The position numbers and the translations under genes are program-made. Shown here in pieces: positions 19,924-29,282 of a stretch of 64,000 bases of DNA (positions are counted from its first letter, which is position 1; each line of letters opens with the position of its first letter). Below the pieces are notes generated by a model. It saw nothing but the letters and a program-made list of their open reading frames with translations, was not told the origin of the DNA and ran no database searches. The stretch comes from Candidatus Sumerlaeaceae bacterium (lineage in GTDB: Bacteria; Sumerlaeota; Sumerlaeia; Sumerlaeales; Sumerlaeaceae): assembly GCA_049968255.1 (NCBI GenBank), contig JBMFRB010000002.1:128001-192000 (forward strand). The letters run 5' to 3'.

Positions 19924-21396
19924 ATGACGACAGGGATTGGGCACCCAGAGGTGCCAACGCTTTTTGAGGAATCGGTAGCTGGTCGCCAGGGAATCTCGCT
20001 ACCCGACGAAGCCTCAGACACAGAGGAACTCCTTGCTGCCCTCATTCCATCCTCCTATGTGCGAAAATCCCGCCTGTCTTTGCCTGAGCTGAGCGAGTTC
20101 CAAGTGGTGCGTCACTTTACGCGTCTGTCGCAGCGCACGTTTAGTGTGGACAGCACTTTTTATCCACTGGGTTCTTGCACGATGAAATACAACCCAAAGG
20201 TGAATGAGGTTGTTGCTGCCAACGAAGCGTTTACTGCTGCGCACCCTTACCAGCCGGACGAGACTCTCCAAGGGCTCCTGGCAATTTATTATCAGTTGAG
20301 CGAATGGTTGGGCGTGCTAACAGGTTTACCCGGTGTGTCGCTCCAACCCGCTGCCGGCGCGCACGGTGAGTTCACAGCGCTCCTTGTGGCGAAAGCTTAT
20401 TTTAGTGATCTTGGGGAAACTCAACGCACTCAGGTTCTGGTTCCAGATACGGCCCACGGGACAAACCCGGCCTCGGCGGCGCGCTGCGGCATGGAACCTA
20501 TCGCACTGAAATCCAAGGACGGCCGGTTAGACCCGTGCGCGCTCAAACAAGTCCTGTCTGATCGCACCGCCTGTCTCATGATCACGAACCCTAATACCCT
20601 GGGGCTTTTCGAGTCCGAGATCATGGAGATTAGTGCGCTCGTGCACGAGGCCGGTGCTCTGGTTTATCTTGATGGGGCGAATTTCAACGCATTGGTCGGG
20701 CGTGTGCGACCAGCAGATTTTGGGGCTGATCTTATGCACATCAATCTTCACAAGACGTTTTCCGTTCCACACGGCAGTGGGGGGCCAGGATCGGGGCCGA
20801 TCTGCGTTCGCGAAAACTTAGCACCTTTTCTCCCCGTTCCGGTTGTTGTCAAACGCGATGACCGCTATGTTCTACGCTGGGAGCAGCCGAAATCCATTGG
20901 AATGGTTCGCACGTTTTTTGGAAATGTTCCGGGAATTGTGCGCGCCTGGGCTTACATCGCACAGCTCGGGTTCGAAGGGCTTCGTGATGTCAGCGGGCAT
21001 GCCGTGTTGAATGCCAATTACCTCCTCAAGCTCCTGGCCGACCGCTTCGACGTGCCGTATGGTCCCCGCTGTATGCACGAGTTCGTGATCGATGGCACAC
21101 GACAGAAAAAATGCGGAGTGAAAGCTCTCGATATCGCAAAGAAGCTTCTCGACTATGGTTTCCATCCACCGACGACTTACTTCCCGCTCATTGTGCCAGA
21201 GGCGCTGATGATTGAGCCAACGGAAACAGAAAATAAAGAAACGCTGGAGGCTTTTGCTTGCGCGATGCTTGATATTGCCAAACTTGCAGAACAAGATCCG
21301 GTAGCCGTGACCAACGCTCCCGAAAGCACCCCAGTGAGCCGGCTCGACGAGCTGTCTGCGGCGCGCAATCCGGTGGTCGTGTGGCCCGAGGCCTAA
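19924..21396 (+). CDS. gcvPB: Glycine dehydrogenase subunit 2
   Basis: YPLGSCTMKYNP, QPAAGAHGE, HINLHKTF (PLP-Lys), DYGFHPPT and EPTETE. Confidence 0.96.
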   Translation: MTTGIGHPEVPTLFEESVAGRQGISLPDEASDTEELLAALIPSSYVRKSRLSLPELSEFQVVRHFTRLSQRTFSVDSTFYPLGSCTMKYNPKVNEVVAANEAFTAAHPYQPDETLQGLLAIYYQLSEWLGVLTGLPGVSLQPAAGAHGEFTALLVAKAYFSDLGETQRTQVLVPDTAHGTNPASAARCGMEPIALKSKDGRLDPCALKQVLSDRTACLMITNPNTLGLFESEIMEISALVHEAGALVYLDGANFNALVGRVRPADFGADLMHINLHKTFSVPHGSGGPGSGPICVRENLAPFLPVPVVVKRDDRYVLRWEQPKSIGMVRTFFGNVPGIVRAWAYIAQLGFEGLRDVSGHAVLNANYLLKLLADRFDVPYGPRCMHEFVIDGTRQKKCGVKALDIAKKLLDYGFHPPTTYFPLIVPEALMIEPTETENKETLEAFACAMLDIAKLAEQDPVAVTNAPESTPVSRLDELSAARNPVVVWPEA

Positions 21397-21458
21397 GTTT
21401 CTTCTCGGTGCCACGAGGCGGCTGTGATCACTTGCAGGAGAGGATGTGAGGTTGCCGT

Positions 21459-23651
21459 ATGAGGGCGCATTACGTGTCTCGAACAGTGATAGGACTGTTG
21501 AGCCTGTTCTTAGTCTCGGCTTCGTTTGCCGCCGTACCCACGAAACCATTTTGGTTCGTGCAGATCACCGACACGCACATAGGTGTCAGCGGTGCAGATG
21601 AAAAGCTTAGCGCGACTTTGCTGGACATCAAGCGCAATTTCCCGGCAACGGAGTTCGTCGTGAACACAGGCGACCTCACGGAAATGGGCAGCGAGGACCA
21701 ACTTACCACGTACGTGCAACTCATTAAGTCATGGCCGTTTCCGGTCTATAACACAGTGGGAAATCATGACGCTCGTTGGTCGCCGAGTGGAAAAGAAAAG
21801 TTTCGAGAACTTGTGGGGCCGACCCGCTTCACTTTCGAGCATAGGGGAGTGCGTTTTTTCTTTTTAGATGTCTCCGTCGTTGCCGAGCATCACGGCCATT
21901 TCAACGCCGATGACCTGCAATGGCTTGACGAGGAACTTGCAAAATTGCCGCCAGAAGCTCCGGCAGTGATCTGTGTGCACCATCCGCCGCTCTTCCCGGG
22001 TTCAACAATAGATAACGACACCGAGTTCGGGAAAATTATCGCCCGTCACAATGTGCCCCTGGTTCTGGTCGGCCATGGCCACACGTTTCATCGGTATACC
22101 TTGAACGGCACGACCTTTGCGATGGGCGGCTCTACCTCCTACGCGAAGCGAATCGGTCAGCCATGCTACCGCGCGTACTATGTGGACATGACCGGATTCC
22201 TGCCTTATTTGCGAGTTGTCTCGCGCGATGTCACGACCTCCGAAAGTCTCATCCCAATTCAAAAGCCAAGTGATCCCTATGGAGAACTCGTTGTCAAACA
22301 ACCGGAAATCGGGTCGCGAAAGGAAGTTTATCTCGATTGCAGGATCACATCGACGGCCAAGGCGCGTCTCACAACAGGGACATACGAACTCGACAAAGCT
22401 TATCGTGGAGTTTATCATTTCCTGCGGGATGGACGTTTCCGCATACGTGTTTCTTCTCTTGCTCCCGGGGCTCACCGCCTGACTGTGACCTTTGTGGACG
22501 ACAAGATGAGCACCTACTCACGTTCGACCCTGTTCAACGTCGCTCCTCCGAGAACTGCCGACAGTCCGCGCTTTCTAAGAAAATTCGAAATGCCATCCAC
22601 TATCCAATCGAGCCCCGCTGTTCACAAGAATCTCATGTACGTTGGCTGCAACGATGGCACTCTCCGGGCGTTCGATTTATTGTCTGGTAGCACTTTTTGG
22701 CAGAGAAAGCTAGGCGCCGAGATCATTTCTACCCCTGCGGTGACAGACAACTTGCTTGTTGTTGGCTGCAGTAACAGTCTCGTGTACTGCTTTGATGCGT
22801 ACACAGGCGTGCCGCGCTGGGAGTTTCGCACGAACGGTGCAGTGCTTGCTTCCCCACGGATTGCGGACGATACGGTCTACGTTGGCTCGGGTGACGGTTA
22901 CATGTACGCGCTTGACCTCGAAACAGGCCGACTGCGTTGGAAATTTGCGGCGGAAAACATGATCAAGTGCCGCCCTGCTCTCGCACGCGACAATCTTTTC
23001 TTTGGTGCGTGGGACAATTGGTTTTACAATGTGGACGCTCAATCTGGCCAGCTTGTCTGGAAGGTGCCTGTCTCTGTGACAAGGCAGTTTTCTGCGGCAA
23101 CGGCAAATCCAGCCACGACCGGTACCCGAGTTCTTTTCACATCCCATGACTATTGCGTGCGATGCCTGGACCAGAAAACCGGATCGCATTTATGGATGTA
23201 TCGCCCACAGCCTGATGAGCTTGGTCCGAGTTATTCCTCCTTTGTTTTTTATCAAAACGTTGCTTATTCAGGTTCGATTGCAGGCAGCATAGTTGGATTT
23301 GATTTGCTAAGCGGCAAGAAAGTTGCGGATATTCCTGTGCGCGTGGGTATTCCTGACGAGCTATTCGACTCTGCGCCCGTTCTTGACGGTCATTTTCTTT
23401 ACGTCGGCTCAACCGGAGGAAATGTTTACTGCGTGGATCTCGCAGCAAACAAAGTACGTTGGTCATTTTCACTCCAGCCAGGGTTTATCTTTTCCGCGCC
23501 CGCATTGTGGGGAGATCGCCTCTTCGTGGCCTCGATGACTGGAACAATTTACGAAATTTCCCGGCCGGAAGCATCTGGCAAGCTTCCTTTCGAGATTGAG
23601 AAGCCAATCGTTCCTCTTGCGACACATGAGTTAGGAAGCAGGTCGTGGTGA
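21459..23651 (+). CDS. Secreted calcineurin-like metallophosphoesterase fused to PQQ-like (BamB-type) beta-propeller repeats
   Basis: Signal peptide; DTH, GDLTE, GNHD, HHP and GHGH metal motifs; about 8 'SP...vyvGs.dg..yalD..tG...W' repeats. Confidence 0.85.
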   Translation: MRAHYVSRTVIGLLSLFLVSASFAAVPTKPFWFVQITDTHIGVSGADEKLSATLLDIKRNFPATEFVVNTGDLTEMGSEDQLTTYVQLIKSWPFPVYNTVGNHDARWSPSGKEKFRELVGPTRFTFEHRGVRFFFLDVSVVAEHHGHFNADDLQWLDEELAKLPPEAPAVICVHHPPLFPGSTIDNDTEFGKIIARHNVPLVLVGHGHTFHRYTLNGTTFAMGGSTSYAKRIGQPCYRAYYVDMTGFLPYLRVVSRDVTTSESLIPIQKPSDPYGELVVKQPEIGSRKEVYLDCRITSTAKARLTTGTYELDKAYRGVYHFLRDGRFRIRVSSLAPGAHRLTVTFVDDKMSTYSRSTLFNVAPPRTADSPRFLRKFEMPSTIQSSPAVHKNLMYVGCNDGTLRAFDLLSGSTFWQRKLGAEIISTPAVTDNLLVVGCSNSLVYCFDAYTGVPRWEFRTNGAVLASPRIADDTVYVGSGDGYMYALDLETGRLRWKFAAENMIKCRPALARDNLFFGAWDNWFYNVDAQSGQLVWKVPVSVTRQFSAATANPATTGTRVLFTSHDYCVRCLDQKTGSHLWMYRPQPDELGPSYSSFVFYQNVAYSGSIAGSIVGFDLLSGKKVADIPVRVGIPDELFDSAPVLDGHFLYVGSTGGNVYCVDLAANKVRWSFSLQPGFIFSAPALWGDRLFVASMTGTIYEISRPEASGKLPFEIEKPIVPLATHELGSRSW

Positions 23652-24115
23652 CTTTGGATGGGTCCAGAATTCTTGCCCTCGACTTAGGGGATCGGCGGAT
23701 CGGTGTGGCGATTAGCGATGAACTTGGCATGCTCGCCCGTCCGCTGGAAGTCATTGATCGGCGTAAATCAGATGCCATCGCGCGGGTGTGCGAGCTCACG
23801 AAGAAGCATGGCGTGAGGAGCATTGTGGTGGGACTTCCCCTCAACATGGATGGCACGGAAGGGCGCCAGGCGAAACAGTGTCGGGAGTTTGTCGCTGTGC
23901 TCGAACAGCGCATGACAGGCCTTGCGATAGTGTGGTGGGATGAGCGCCTCACCACGCGTGCGGCGCATAATCTAACATTAGAAACTCGCTCGAAAAAACA
24001 GCGGCGCAATCAGTCGCTGGATGCTACCAGCGCATGCTTTATCCTGCAGGGCTATCTCGACTCCCAGAAGGCTTCGCAGACGAAGCAGGGTAGGGGCGGG
24101 GAGTCCTCGGGATGA
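23645..24115 (+). CDS. ruvX: YqgF/RuvX pre-16S rRNA nuclease
   Basis: ILALDLGDRRIGVAISD, VVGLP, WDERLTT and DATSACFILQGYL. Confidence 0.93.
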   Translation: MVTLDGSRILALDLGDRRIGVAISDELGMLARPLEVIDRRKSDAIARVCELTKKHGVRSIVVGLPLNMDGTEGRQAKQCREFVAVLEQRMTGLAIVWWDERLTTRAAHNLTLETRSKKQRRNQSLDATSACFILQGYLDSQKASQTKQGRGGESSG

Positions 24116-25122
24116 AGGCGGTTCTCGCGTACTGCCGCAGGAATATCTTTGTTCCGCTCTCGTTGATTGTCATTTTATCTGGCACCATTGGTTATCGGCT
24201 TATCGAAGGATACACGTGGCTCGATGCTTTCTACATGACTTGCATCACGGTAGCCACTGTCGGTTTTCGCGAAGTCCATGAGCTCTCCCCTGTCGGTAAG
24301 CTCTTCACGGTGGGGCTGATCGTCGCCGGCTTGGCCACCGTCGTCATTGCCATTTCGCGAATCGGTGAGGATTTGATTGTCGTAACGGCAAGAAAACGGA
24401 GGGAGCGTATGGAAAAGCGAAACAAAGAGCTCCGAAATCACTACATTCTCTGTGGGTATGGGCGCATGGGACGGGTCATTGCAGAGCACTTGAAGCAAGA
24501 GCACGTCGACTTCGTGGTTGTGGACAATCGTCCTGAAATTGTCGAGGCTGTTTGGGAGGCGGGGGGCTACGCTATCTGTGGCGATGCCACAGCAGATGCG
24601 ACTTTGGAAAAGGCAGGTATTCAATATGCGAAAGGTTTGGTGACAGTTCTTTCCAAAGACGCCGAGAATGTTTTTGTTGTACTCACGGCTTCGCAGTTGA
24701 ATCCCAAGTTGGTCATTCTTACGCGAGCGAACAACGAGGAGGCTATCCCGAAGCTTTATCGTGCCGGTGCCACAACAGTGATCAATCCCTATGAAAGCGC
24801 AGGAGCCCGCATTGCTCAGTCGCTTCTGCGGCCGGCTGTTACAGATTTTATGCGGGTTATGTCTGGGACTCGTGGTCTTGAGTTCGGTGTGGAGCAGGTA
24901 GAGATTCAGCAAGATTCGTCATTGGCCGGAGTGACGCTGCGCGACAGCAACATCCGCCAAGCGACCAATGCAATGATCGTGGCAATTCGCAAAGCCTCTG
25001 ACCAGCAGATGATTTTTAATCCTGCCCCGGAAACCCTCCTTGAGCCAAGTGACATTCTTATTGCCATTGGTAACAAAGATGCGCTCGATAAACTTGCAGA
25101 GTTGGCGCGAACCCGTGCGTGA
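24112..25122 (+). CDS. Potassium channel protein with RCK (TrkA-N/TrkA-C) domains
   Basis: 2-TM pore DAFYMTCITVATVGF, then CGYGRMG Rossmann, GDAT and TrkA-C (FNPAPETLL). Confidence 0.9.
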   Translation: MKAVLAYCRRNIFVPLSLIVILSGTIGYRLIEGYTWLDAFYMTCITVATVGFREVHELSPVGKLFTVGLIVAGLATVVIAISRIGEDLIVVTARKRRERMEKRNKELRNHYILCGYGRMGRVIAEHLKQEHVDFVVVDNRPEIVEAVWEAGGYAICGDATADATLEKAGIQYAKGLVTVLSKDAENVFVVLTASQLNPKLVILTRANNEEAIPKLYRAGATTVINPYESAGARIAQSLLRPAVTDFMRVMSGTRGLEFGVEQVEIQQDSSLAGVTLRDSNIRQATNAMIVAIRKASDQQMIFNPAPETLLEPSDILIAIGNKDALDKLAELARTRA

Positions 25123-25183
25123 TAGGTCGACGCGCAGTTTGTCCCCAATTTGTGTGTGAAAAGTGCAGAAAGGATAACACCAA

Positions 25184-26212
25184 ATGATCTCTCGGATGGG
25201 CTTATTCGTACTAGCTGGATTTGTTGGATTCTCGGCATGCCTGCACGGGGCTAGAGCAGATTCGACCACCGCTTCCAAGACAAATCTGAAAGTTGGTCTG
25301 GTGTTCGATGTTGGAGGACTAGGGGATAAGTCGTTCAATGATGCGGCCTTCGCGGGCCTCAAGCGCGCTGAAAAAGAGCTCGGCGTTGTGGGCGAGTATC
25401 GCGAGCCAGGCGAGGGAGCTCATCGCGAAGCACATCTTCGGCATTTTGCGAAAGGCGACGCCGACCTGATCATTGGTGTAGGTTTTCTTTTTACCGATGA
25501 AATTCGTGCGATGGCCATGGATTTTCCGAAGAAGAAATTTGCCTGCGTGGACTATACGGTTGACGAGCGCGAGATACCGCAAAATTTGGCAGTGCTGACG
25601 TTCCGGGAGGAGGAAGGATCGTTTCTCGTTGGAGCGATTGCAGCTCTAAGGTCGCAAACGGGCAAAATTGGCTTTGTGGGAGGCGTGGAGAGCCCCCTCA
25701 TTAAGAAATTTGAGGCAGGTTACGAGCAGGGTGCGAAATATGTCCGCCCCGATATCGAAGTGAAAGCTGTCTACGCTGGCGTCAGCGACACCGCTTTCAA
25801 AGATCCTCAAAAGGGCAAGGAGCTCGCTTCTAGTCTCTATGATGCCGGATGCGACATTATTTATCATGCGTCCGGCTCCACGGGGCTTGGAGTGTTCAAG
25901 GCTGCTGAGGAACGAAAAAAGTTTGCTATCGGGGTGGACAAAGACCAGTCCGACGAAGCTGCTCCCGGCGTCGTGCTGACAAGTATGACCAAAAACACCG
26001 ATGCTGCGGTTTACGAAATTATAAAAGAGGCGGTTGAGGGCTCCTTCAAGGGCGGCGTTGTCAGTCTCGGACTCAAAGAGGGGGGTGTGGGTTATGTGTA
26101 TAACGAGAAGAATAGGCACCTCATTGGCGAAGAGATTCACAAGAAAGTTGAAGAACTCAAATCCAAAATCATTCGCGGCGAGATAAGAGTCAGCCCTGTG
26201 CCGAAAAAGTAA
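25184..26212 (+). CDS. BMP-family ABC transporter substrate-binding protein
   Basis: DVGGLGDKSFNDAA, FREEEGSFLVG, IGFVGG, F.DP.KG, IGVDKDQ and LTSMTK. Confidence 0.92.
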   Translation: MISRMGLFVLAGFVGFSACLHGARADSTTASKTNLKVGLVFDVGGLGDKSFNDAAFAGLKRAEKELGVVGEYREPGEGAHREAHLRHFAKGDADLIIGVGFLFTDEIRAMAMDFPKKKFACVDYTVDEREIPQNLAVLTFREEEGSFLVGAIAALRSQTGKIGFVGGVESPLIKKFEAGYEQGAKYVRPDIEVKAVYAGVSDTAFKDPQKGKELASSLYDAGCDIIYHASGSTGLGVFKAAEERKKFAIGVDKDQSDEAAPGVVLTSMTKNTDAAVYEIIKEAVEGSFKGGVVSLGLKEGGVGYVYNEKNRHLIGEEIHKKVEELKSKIIRGEIRVSPVPKK

Positions 26213-26263
26213 AAGCAAGCAGACCAGACTCGCGCAGAGGAATTGATGTGGGCGGTTGTTTTC

Positions 26264-28828
26264 TCAATAAACAACCCTTAGCGCGATAGCGCGGGGATTG
26301 ACAGGAATGCTTATGCGAAGCACGCCGTCTTCCCACGTGGCCGGAATGCGCTTCCCCTCGACCGTAACTTCTTTGGGTTTTCGATTCAATGAGTGGATTT
26401 GTACAAGCCATCTTTTGCGGGGTGGCACGTATTTGCCTCGCCCTCTGCCAATAACGAAATTGAGCGTAGTGCCGTCGAAGGTGCCGTCAAAGGCTGTCCT
26501 GAGCTCTTCGCCATTGCGGTAAGCGGTCGTCTCGCCATCGTCCTCAACGAGCATGCCGGTGATTTTCTCGTCGGGGAAGATGTCGAGTTGCGTCACGTCG
26601 ACGGTTTTCTCTCCCACGTACTGAAGCACCTCTTGCCGGGGGATGACGGCGCCGGCTCTGACAAACAAGGGCGGCTGTGCCGACGGTGCCTCGACAACGT
26701 AGTACGCCAGCCCATCGAATCGCTTACCTGTCCACCAATGCACCCAATTTCCAGCAGGGAGATAGACCATCCTTCGATCCTTTGCTGGCTCGAGAACTGG
26801 GGCGACCAGAAGCGAATCGCCCAGAAGAAACTCATCTGCGATGCGCTGGCAGTTGGAGTCGGTGGGAAAGTCAACCACGAGAGCTCGGTTCACAGGAAGG
26901 CCAGTTTCACTGGCTTGCACGAATGCTGTGTAAAGATAGGGGAGCAATGTCATGCGGAATTCGATCATCGCACGTGCGACTTTTTCGACTTCTTGGCCGA
27001 AGGACCACGGTTCCTGAGCGGCTGTCCCCGTAGCGCTGTGCGTTCGACAGAACGGTTGGAAAACTCCCCATTCAATCCAGCGGGCATAGAGCTCAGGATA
27101 GCAATCGTGTGCAAATCCGCCGATGTCGCAACCAACAAACGAAATGCCTGTGAGTCCCATACTGAGATTGAGCTGCAAATCCAACGTCATACTTGCCCAC
27201 GTGGACTGGTTGTCACCGGTCCACATGAGCGCGTGACGCTGCACGCCAGCCCATCCGGAGCGCGTAATGACAAAGGGGCGTTTGTCGGGCCGAGCTTGCA
27301 CAAAACCCTCATGCGACGCCTGAGCCATCGTCAGACCGTAGACCTGATGCACACATGAGTGCGGGCTCTGCTGCCCGAAGTCGTACTGAAGAACGCGGCC
27401 AGGGAACTCTTTTTCCTCAAAAATGTGCGGTTCATTCATGTCGTTCCAAATGCCCGCCACGTCTTTGTCCAGCAGTGCCTTTTTCTGATAATCGCCCCAG
27501 CGCTTTCGAACGTCGCTGCGTGTGAAGTCAGGAAAATGCACTTTCCCCGGCCAGACGGTGCCAACAAAGGGGGCGCTTGTTTGCGGATCTATGCAGAAAA
27601 AACCTTTTCTCTCGATAAAGTCCCGATAAACCTCGTAGTTCGGGTCAATTTTCACCCCGGGGTCCACGATTGTGACGGTTTTGAAGCCTTGCTCACGTAG
27701 GTCCGAAATGAGCTTTTCGGGGTTTGGGAAGCGCGTCGGATGCCATGTGAACACGCGGTAGCCGTCCATATAGTCAATGTCGAGGTAAAGCACGTCGCAC
27801 GGAATTTTGCGTCGCCGGAACTCTGCCGCAATTTCACGCACCCGTGACTCAGGATAGTAAGACCAGCGGCACTGCTGATATCCGAGTGCCCAGAGCGGGG
27901 GGCGCTCCATGTGGCCTGTCAGATCAACCCACTCCTTGAGAATGTCCGCCAGTGTGTCGCCGAACAGGAGCCAAACTTCTGCGTCGCCGGAAATCGTCTG
28001 ATACGTGTGGACGGTTGGGCGCGTAAAGCCCAAATCCCAAATTTGTTTTCCCGGGTTGTCGACAAAGAGCCCGAAAGGCCGACCATTGCGTGGGTTGACG
28101 TGGATCACGAAAGGAATTTGGCAATAAAAATTCTGTCGGGGGTTTCGCGAGAAATCGTCTATATTCCAGAGCGTATAGCGTCCGCCCGAGCGATCGAATG
28201 TTTCTCCAACCTCGCCCATTCCCAGCGAAAGCTCGCCTGGCACGCATCGCCGTGCGAAGCTGATGCTTTCCCCGTCAAAACGAGTCGCTCGCGGGGCTGT
28301 TTGAAAAAGAGTTCGACCAACGTGATCCCTGACGAGCATCGCAAAAGGCTGGCTGCGCAACTCGACCTCAAGCTCTTCGGTCTGCAGACGGACGAAACCG
28401 CTTTCTTGCAAAAGCCGATAATTCGAATGCGGCCAATTGCGCCGCACCACCGCATAACTCAAATCCTTTCGGTGCTCAGGTTTTTGAGCAATGCGAAGGC
28501 GCAACACTTTTGGTGATGCTACTTCAAGCGATATCCGATGCGCATCTTCGAGAATAGACCAGACCTGGATCGGGCGTGGACACATAGAGGACGACGGCTC
28601 CTTTTCGGTGATGAGAGATTCTGTGGTTTGTGCATACGGTGCAAGGGAGCACAAGCACGACGTGATCATGACAAGGACACAAAAAAACGCAAGGATGCCA
28701 GAGGTGGGGCGGTGTCTTGTTTGTCGGGCCCCCCGTGCAGAGCGCTGCTTCTCCTTACACGCGGCCGCGACTTCGTGCGCGGAGGGGGAGAGGCTTTTTC
28801 CGTGCTGTGTCGTTCTAAGCATCATCAC
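26264..28828 (-). CDS. Glycoside hydrolase family 31 (alpha-glucosidase-like), probably exported
   Basis: PPLWALGYQQCRWSY, LDIDYMDGY, WNDMNEP (nucleophile), WTGDN (acid/base) and GCDIGGF. Hydrophobic N-terminal segment; start codon uncertain. Confidence 0.93.
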   Translation of the reverse strand: MMMLRTTQHGKSLSPSAHEVAAACKEKQRSARGARQTRHRPTSGILAFFCVLVMITSCLCSLAPYAQTTESLITEKEPSSSMCPRPIQVWSILEDAHRISLEVASPKVLRLRIAQKPEHRKDLSYAVVRRNWPHSNYRLLQESGFVRLQTEELEVELRSQPFAMLVRDHVGRTLFQTAPRATRFDGESISFARRCVPGELSLGMGEVGETFDRSGGRYTLWNIDDFSRNPRQNFYCQIPFVIHVNPRNGRPFGLFVDNPGKQIWDLGFTRPTVHTYQTISGDAEVWLLFGDTLADILKEWVDLTGHMERPPLWALGYQQCRWSYYPESRVREIAAEFRRRKIPCDVLYLDIDYMDGYRVFTWHPTRFPNPEKLISDLREQGFKTVTIVDPGVKIDPNYEVYRDFIERKGFFCIDPQTSAPFVGTVWPGKVHFPDFTRSDVRKRWGDYQKKALLDKDVAGIWNDMNEPHIFEEKEFPGRVLQYDFGQQSPHSCVHQVYGLTMAQASHEGFVQARPDKRPFVITRSGWAGVQRHALMWTGDNQSTWASMTLDLQLNLSMGLTGISFVGCDIGGFAHDCYPELYARWIEWGVFQPFCRTHSATGTAAQEPWSFGQEVEKVARAMIEFRMTLLPYLYTAFVQASETGLPVNRALVVDFPTDSNCQRIADEFLLGDSLLVAPVLEPAKDRRMVYLPAGNWVHWWTGKRFDGLAYYVVEAPSAQPPLFVRAGAVIPRQEVLQYVGEKTVDVTQLDIFPDEKITGMLVEDDGETTAYRNGEELRTAFDGTFDGTTLNFVIGRGRGKYVPPRKRWLVQIHSLNRKPKEVTVEGKRIPATWEDGVLRISIPVNPRAIALRVVY

Positions 28829-29183
28829 GGTGAACTTCGTGCAGATTACGTAAAGCCTCGACTACGAGCAGAGCCACATGCTTCTTTGTGCGAGGCAGCC
28901 CACCCAAAAGTTCTGCAACTGTCTGTTCAGAAATTTCTTCCAGGATAGCGCGAGGCTTACCACAAAGAAATTCAGCGACAACCGAACCAGCTGCAATTGT
29001 GGGCACGCAACCTTGCGCCTGGAAATTACACGCTTCAATTTTATCGTGCTTTACGAGAAGCAAAAAACGCAAACGATCGAGGCAAGCTTCGTTTGTGGCC
29101 TCACCCACATGGGTAGCATGTGCCAGCTCGCCGTTATTGCGGGGATGTTGGAAGTGATCGATGATAATCGTGCTATACTTCAC
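28815..29183 (-). CDS. IscU/NifU-N-like Fe-S scaffold homologue (atypical)
   Basis: YS..IIDHFQHPRN.G, N.ACLD, GC...IAAGS and LGGLP..K.H; the third Cys is absent. Confidence 0.85.
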   Translation of the reverse strand: MKYSTIIIDHFQHPRNNGELAHATHVGEATNEACLDRLRFLLLVKHDKIEACNFQAQGCVPTIAAGSVVAEFLCGKPRAILEEISEQTVAELLGGLPRTKKHVALLVVEALRNLHEVHRDDA

Positions 29184-29282
29184 AGGCGTGATTTGGTCTC
29201 GTCAAATTGGTCTAATCAAGCGCGGACTCTTCGGCACAATGTTAGCGTCTCGACAAGTTTTGCTTCCTGCAGGTAAGAAACC

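Noticed and set aside
26393-27358. 321-aa plus-strand ORF
   Set aside because: Lies fully antisense to GH31 and has no protein-family features.
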